From an uncultured Verrucomicrobiae bacterium (lineage in GTDB: Bacteria; Verrucomicrobiota; Verrucomicrobiia; Chthoniobacterales; JAFAMB01): 64,000 bases of DNA. How positions within the stretch are numbered: the stretch's first letter is position 1; the number at the start of each line of letters is the position of its first letter. Made by a program: the position numbers and the translations under genes. Below are positions 62,210 to 64,000 of this stretch, piece by piece. The notes under the pieces were generated by a model, which did no database searches, had not been told where the DNA came from, and saw only the letters and a program-made list of their open reading frames with translations. Location of the stretch: positions 2,976,001 to 3,040,000 of the forward strand of contig CAWIPH010000002.1 of NCBI GenBank assembly GCA_963837955.1. The letters run 5' to 3'.

Positions 62210-62956
62210 ATGACTTTAACTCCTCTCGAGTTCCTTCGTGTCTGCTGCATGATCCTGACAACCGCGTGGTTCTGCGGGCCCCTGCGAGCTCAAACCTCTG
62301 TCTCGCTTACCGTTCCTGGCACCTCAGATATTTTTGCGGCCGGCCTCTCCTCCGTTCCGAATTTACCGGCGGGCGGCGGCTCTTTGCCGATTGACCTGAC
62401 CTTGAATAGTGTTCCGATCCTTACCTTCCAGACGACCGGCACCATAATCCTCGATAACACCACACCCACCAGCCAAAGCGGTCCCGACGGGGGCAGCTTC
62501 CAGGGCCCGACTGATATCAATTCACTCGGCGGTATTTCGGGAATAAAGGCCCCCAACACTGGGTTCCTTGTCGGAGTCTTCCTTCCGGCAGCCGGCCAAT
62601 CTTCCAACCCGCCGCCAACTCTGGATTTTAACACTATCGGAACGAACTTCACTACCCTTGCTCCAGCGCTCGGTCAGGTTTTCTTCATCGGCGACGGCCT
62701 GACCGGAACCGGCTATGGCACCGTTCAACAGTTTATTGTTCCGAATGGCGCTACCAATCTATTCCTCGGTATCGCCGATGCAGATAACGTGCAGGGACCT
62801 CCGGGACACTACGGAGATAACGGCGGCCAATTTAATGTAACGGTTACGTCTGTGCCGGAAACCTCGACCTGGGTTCTGCTGTTGCTTGGCCTAGGCTTGG
62901 TCAGCGTTTTGTCTGTTGCACAACGGCGCGAGCCTGCGCATCTATCTTTTCACTGA
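62210..62956 (+). CDS. PEP-CTERM-type sorted surface protein (VPET variant)
   Basis: N-terminal signal peptide; G/T/P/S-rich beta-type body; C-terminal VPETSTW + hydrophobic helix + QRR. Confidence 0.82.
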   Translation: MTLTPLEFLRVCCMILTTAWFCGPLRAQTSVSLTVPGTSDIFAAGLSSVPNLPAGGGSLPIDLTLNSVPILTFQTTGTIILDNTTPTSQSGPDGGSFQGPTDINSLGGISGIKAPNTGFLVGVFLPAAGQSSNPPPTLDFNTIGTNFTTLAPALGQVFFIGDGLTGTGYGTVQQFIVPNGATNLFLGIADADNVQGPPGHYGDNGGQFNVTVTSVPETSTWVLLLLGLGLVSVLSVAQRREPAHLSFH

Positions 62957-63037
62957 ATGATGTGCACCCAGCTCCTTGGTCTGCTGTTTCAGGATTGCAG
63001 CCCTCAAGGACGCGGCCTGAGACCGACTTCATCTGTC

Positions 63038-64000
63038 ATGGCTCCATCTAGGACGGCCCGCCGCGGTGGGCCACGCTGCAAAGAGCATATCTGGCCGTCA
63101 CCCCGCTGTAAGAGGTGGTCGAGCGACTGGCTATCCCTGGCCCTGGTCACGTTGCTTACTACCTGCTACCTTGCAGCCGCTCAGTCGACTCCCACGCCGT
63201 CGCCGGTCGAGCATCAGGCAGAAAATTCATTCATCTGGCAAACCTGGACTGACCGCCGACCGATCGGACAACTGATCCTGGCTGGGGCTAGTAGGGGAAA
63301 AGAGGATCCTCCTGGGAGTGACAGTTGGACGGACTGGAACAAATGGAATTTGCCCAACGTCGATTACCGGACCCCGGCCGGGCTAACAGATTTCCATCAG
63401 AAGATGTTGGCTTACTGCGCGACCACCCGGGACAACATCCTGAAAGTTGGCGGTCAGGGCGTTATTGTGTGGGATATTGAAGGCGAAGGCCGAGGGTATT
63501 TGACCTTCCTCGGTGATCCCCGGCTCACCCATGCATGTGCTCCAGAGGTGGATTCAATCGCAGACGAAATGTTTGCGATCTTTAAGAAGGCCGGGCTAAG
63601 GATCGGCGTCTGCTTACGTGCCGATACGATCGCCTTAAAGGCGGATGGACTTCCGGTCTCCCAGACTCACCAATCCTATTATAAATCTCGCGCCCAAGCA
63701 GTCGGAGATCTAGACGCCAAGCTTTCCTACGCAAAGAACAGGTGGGGCTGTACGATCTTTTACATCGACTCGAATGGGGACGACGGACAATACATCGGAG
63801 AGAAAGACCGCGCCGGCATTTATCCGGCCAGTGTTTATCAGGAACTGTTTCGGCGCCATCCGGATTGCCTCTTCTGCCCAGAAGAATATTACAACAACGG
63901 CACCGGAGGATCGAATGACAGCTACTCGCGGGTCACTGCTCCCTATGAAGAGCTCCGGGTCTCTTCTCCTGCAGTGGGAGGCGTCTCAGATTATCCCGCC
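63038..64000 (+). CDS. Partial hypothetical exported protein, paralog of 61011-62036; runs off the window end and is absent from the ORF track
   Basis: Manual translation gives a signal-like WLSLALVTLLTTCYLAAA, then WTDRRPIG, GVIVWDIEGE, RWGCTIFYIDSN and HPDCLFCPE, with no stop to 64000. The frame is open from 62957, so the start is uncertain. Confidence 0.8.
   Translation, partial: MAPSRTARRGGPRCKEHIWPSPRCKRWSSDWLSLALVTLLTTCYLAAAQSTPTPSPVEHQAENSFIWQTWTDRRPIGQLILAGASRGKEDPPGSDSWTDWNKWNLPNVDYRTPAGLTDFHQKMLAYCATTRDNILKVGGQGVIVWDIEGEGRGYLTFLGDPRLTHACAPEVDSIADEMFAIFKKAGLRIGVCLRADTIALKADGLPVSQTHQSYYKSRAQAVGDLDAKLSYAKNRWGCTIFYIDSNGDDGQYIGEKDRAGIYPASVYQELFRRHPDCLFCPEEYYNNGTGGSNDSYSRVTAPYEELRVSSPAVGGVSDYPA

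Noticed and set aside
62954..62962. Stop-codon readthrough fusing the PEP-CTERM gene to the next in-frame ORF (TGA ATG ATG)
   Set aside because: The sorting signal must be C-terminal and the downstream protein has its own signal-like segment, so the shared frame is probably coincidental.
1..64000. Mobile element, prophage, tRNA or rRNA
   Set aside because: No transposase, integrase, phage or structural RNA signatures were recognised.

Overview
This is a gene-dense bacterial region (mid-50s % GC by eye) in which NRPS/PKS assembly lines are interleaved with a large surface-polysaccharide locus. Left arm (1-24.5 kb): a partial acyltransferase-3; an A-T loading NRPS; a 3374-aa hybrid megasynthase (AT-less KS-ACP-aminotransferase-luciferase-like monooxygenase-C-A-PCP-sulfotransferase-TE); a GT4; a Tat-exported GH79; a second acyltransferase-3; two further NRPSs; and a coupled GT2. 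Centre (25-49 kb): Wzc, Wza, an outer-membrane beta-barrel, a priming sugar transferase, a Wzy-like protein, Wzm (frameshifted at a T8 tract) and Wzt, about 11 further glycosyltransferases, a deacetylase and two LbH acetyltransferases. Right arm (49-64 kb): a PPTase-carbamoyltransferase-A-T NRPS-PKS (KS-AT-KR-DH-ACP-TE) block bracketed by a full and a degenerate PPTase copy, then two paralogous unknown secreted proteins around a PEP-CTERM-type gene. The leading hypothesis (inference) is that thiotemplated acyl/peptidyl units are made to decorate or anchor the cell-surface glycan rather than being secreted as free metabolites. The gene content would fit a PVC-group organism such as Verrucomicrobiota, but this is unverified. 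No rRNA, tRNA, CRISPR or transposase was recognised. All domain calls come from motif reading, not database searches.
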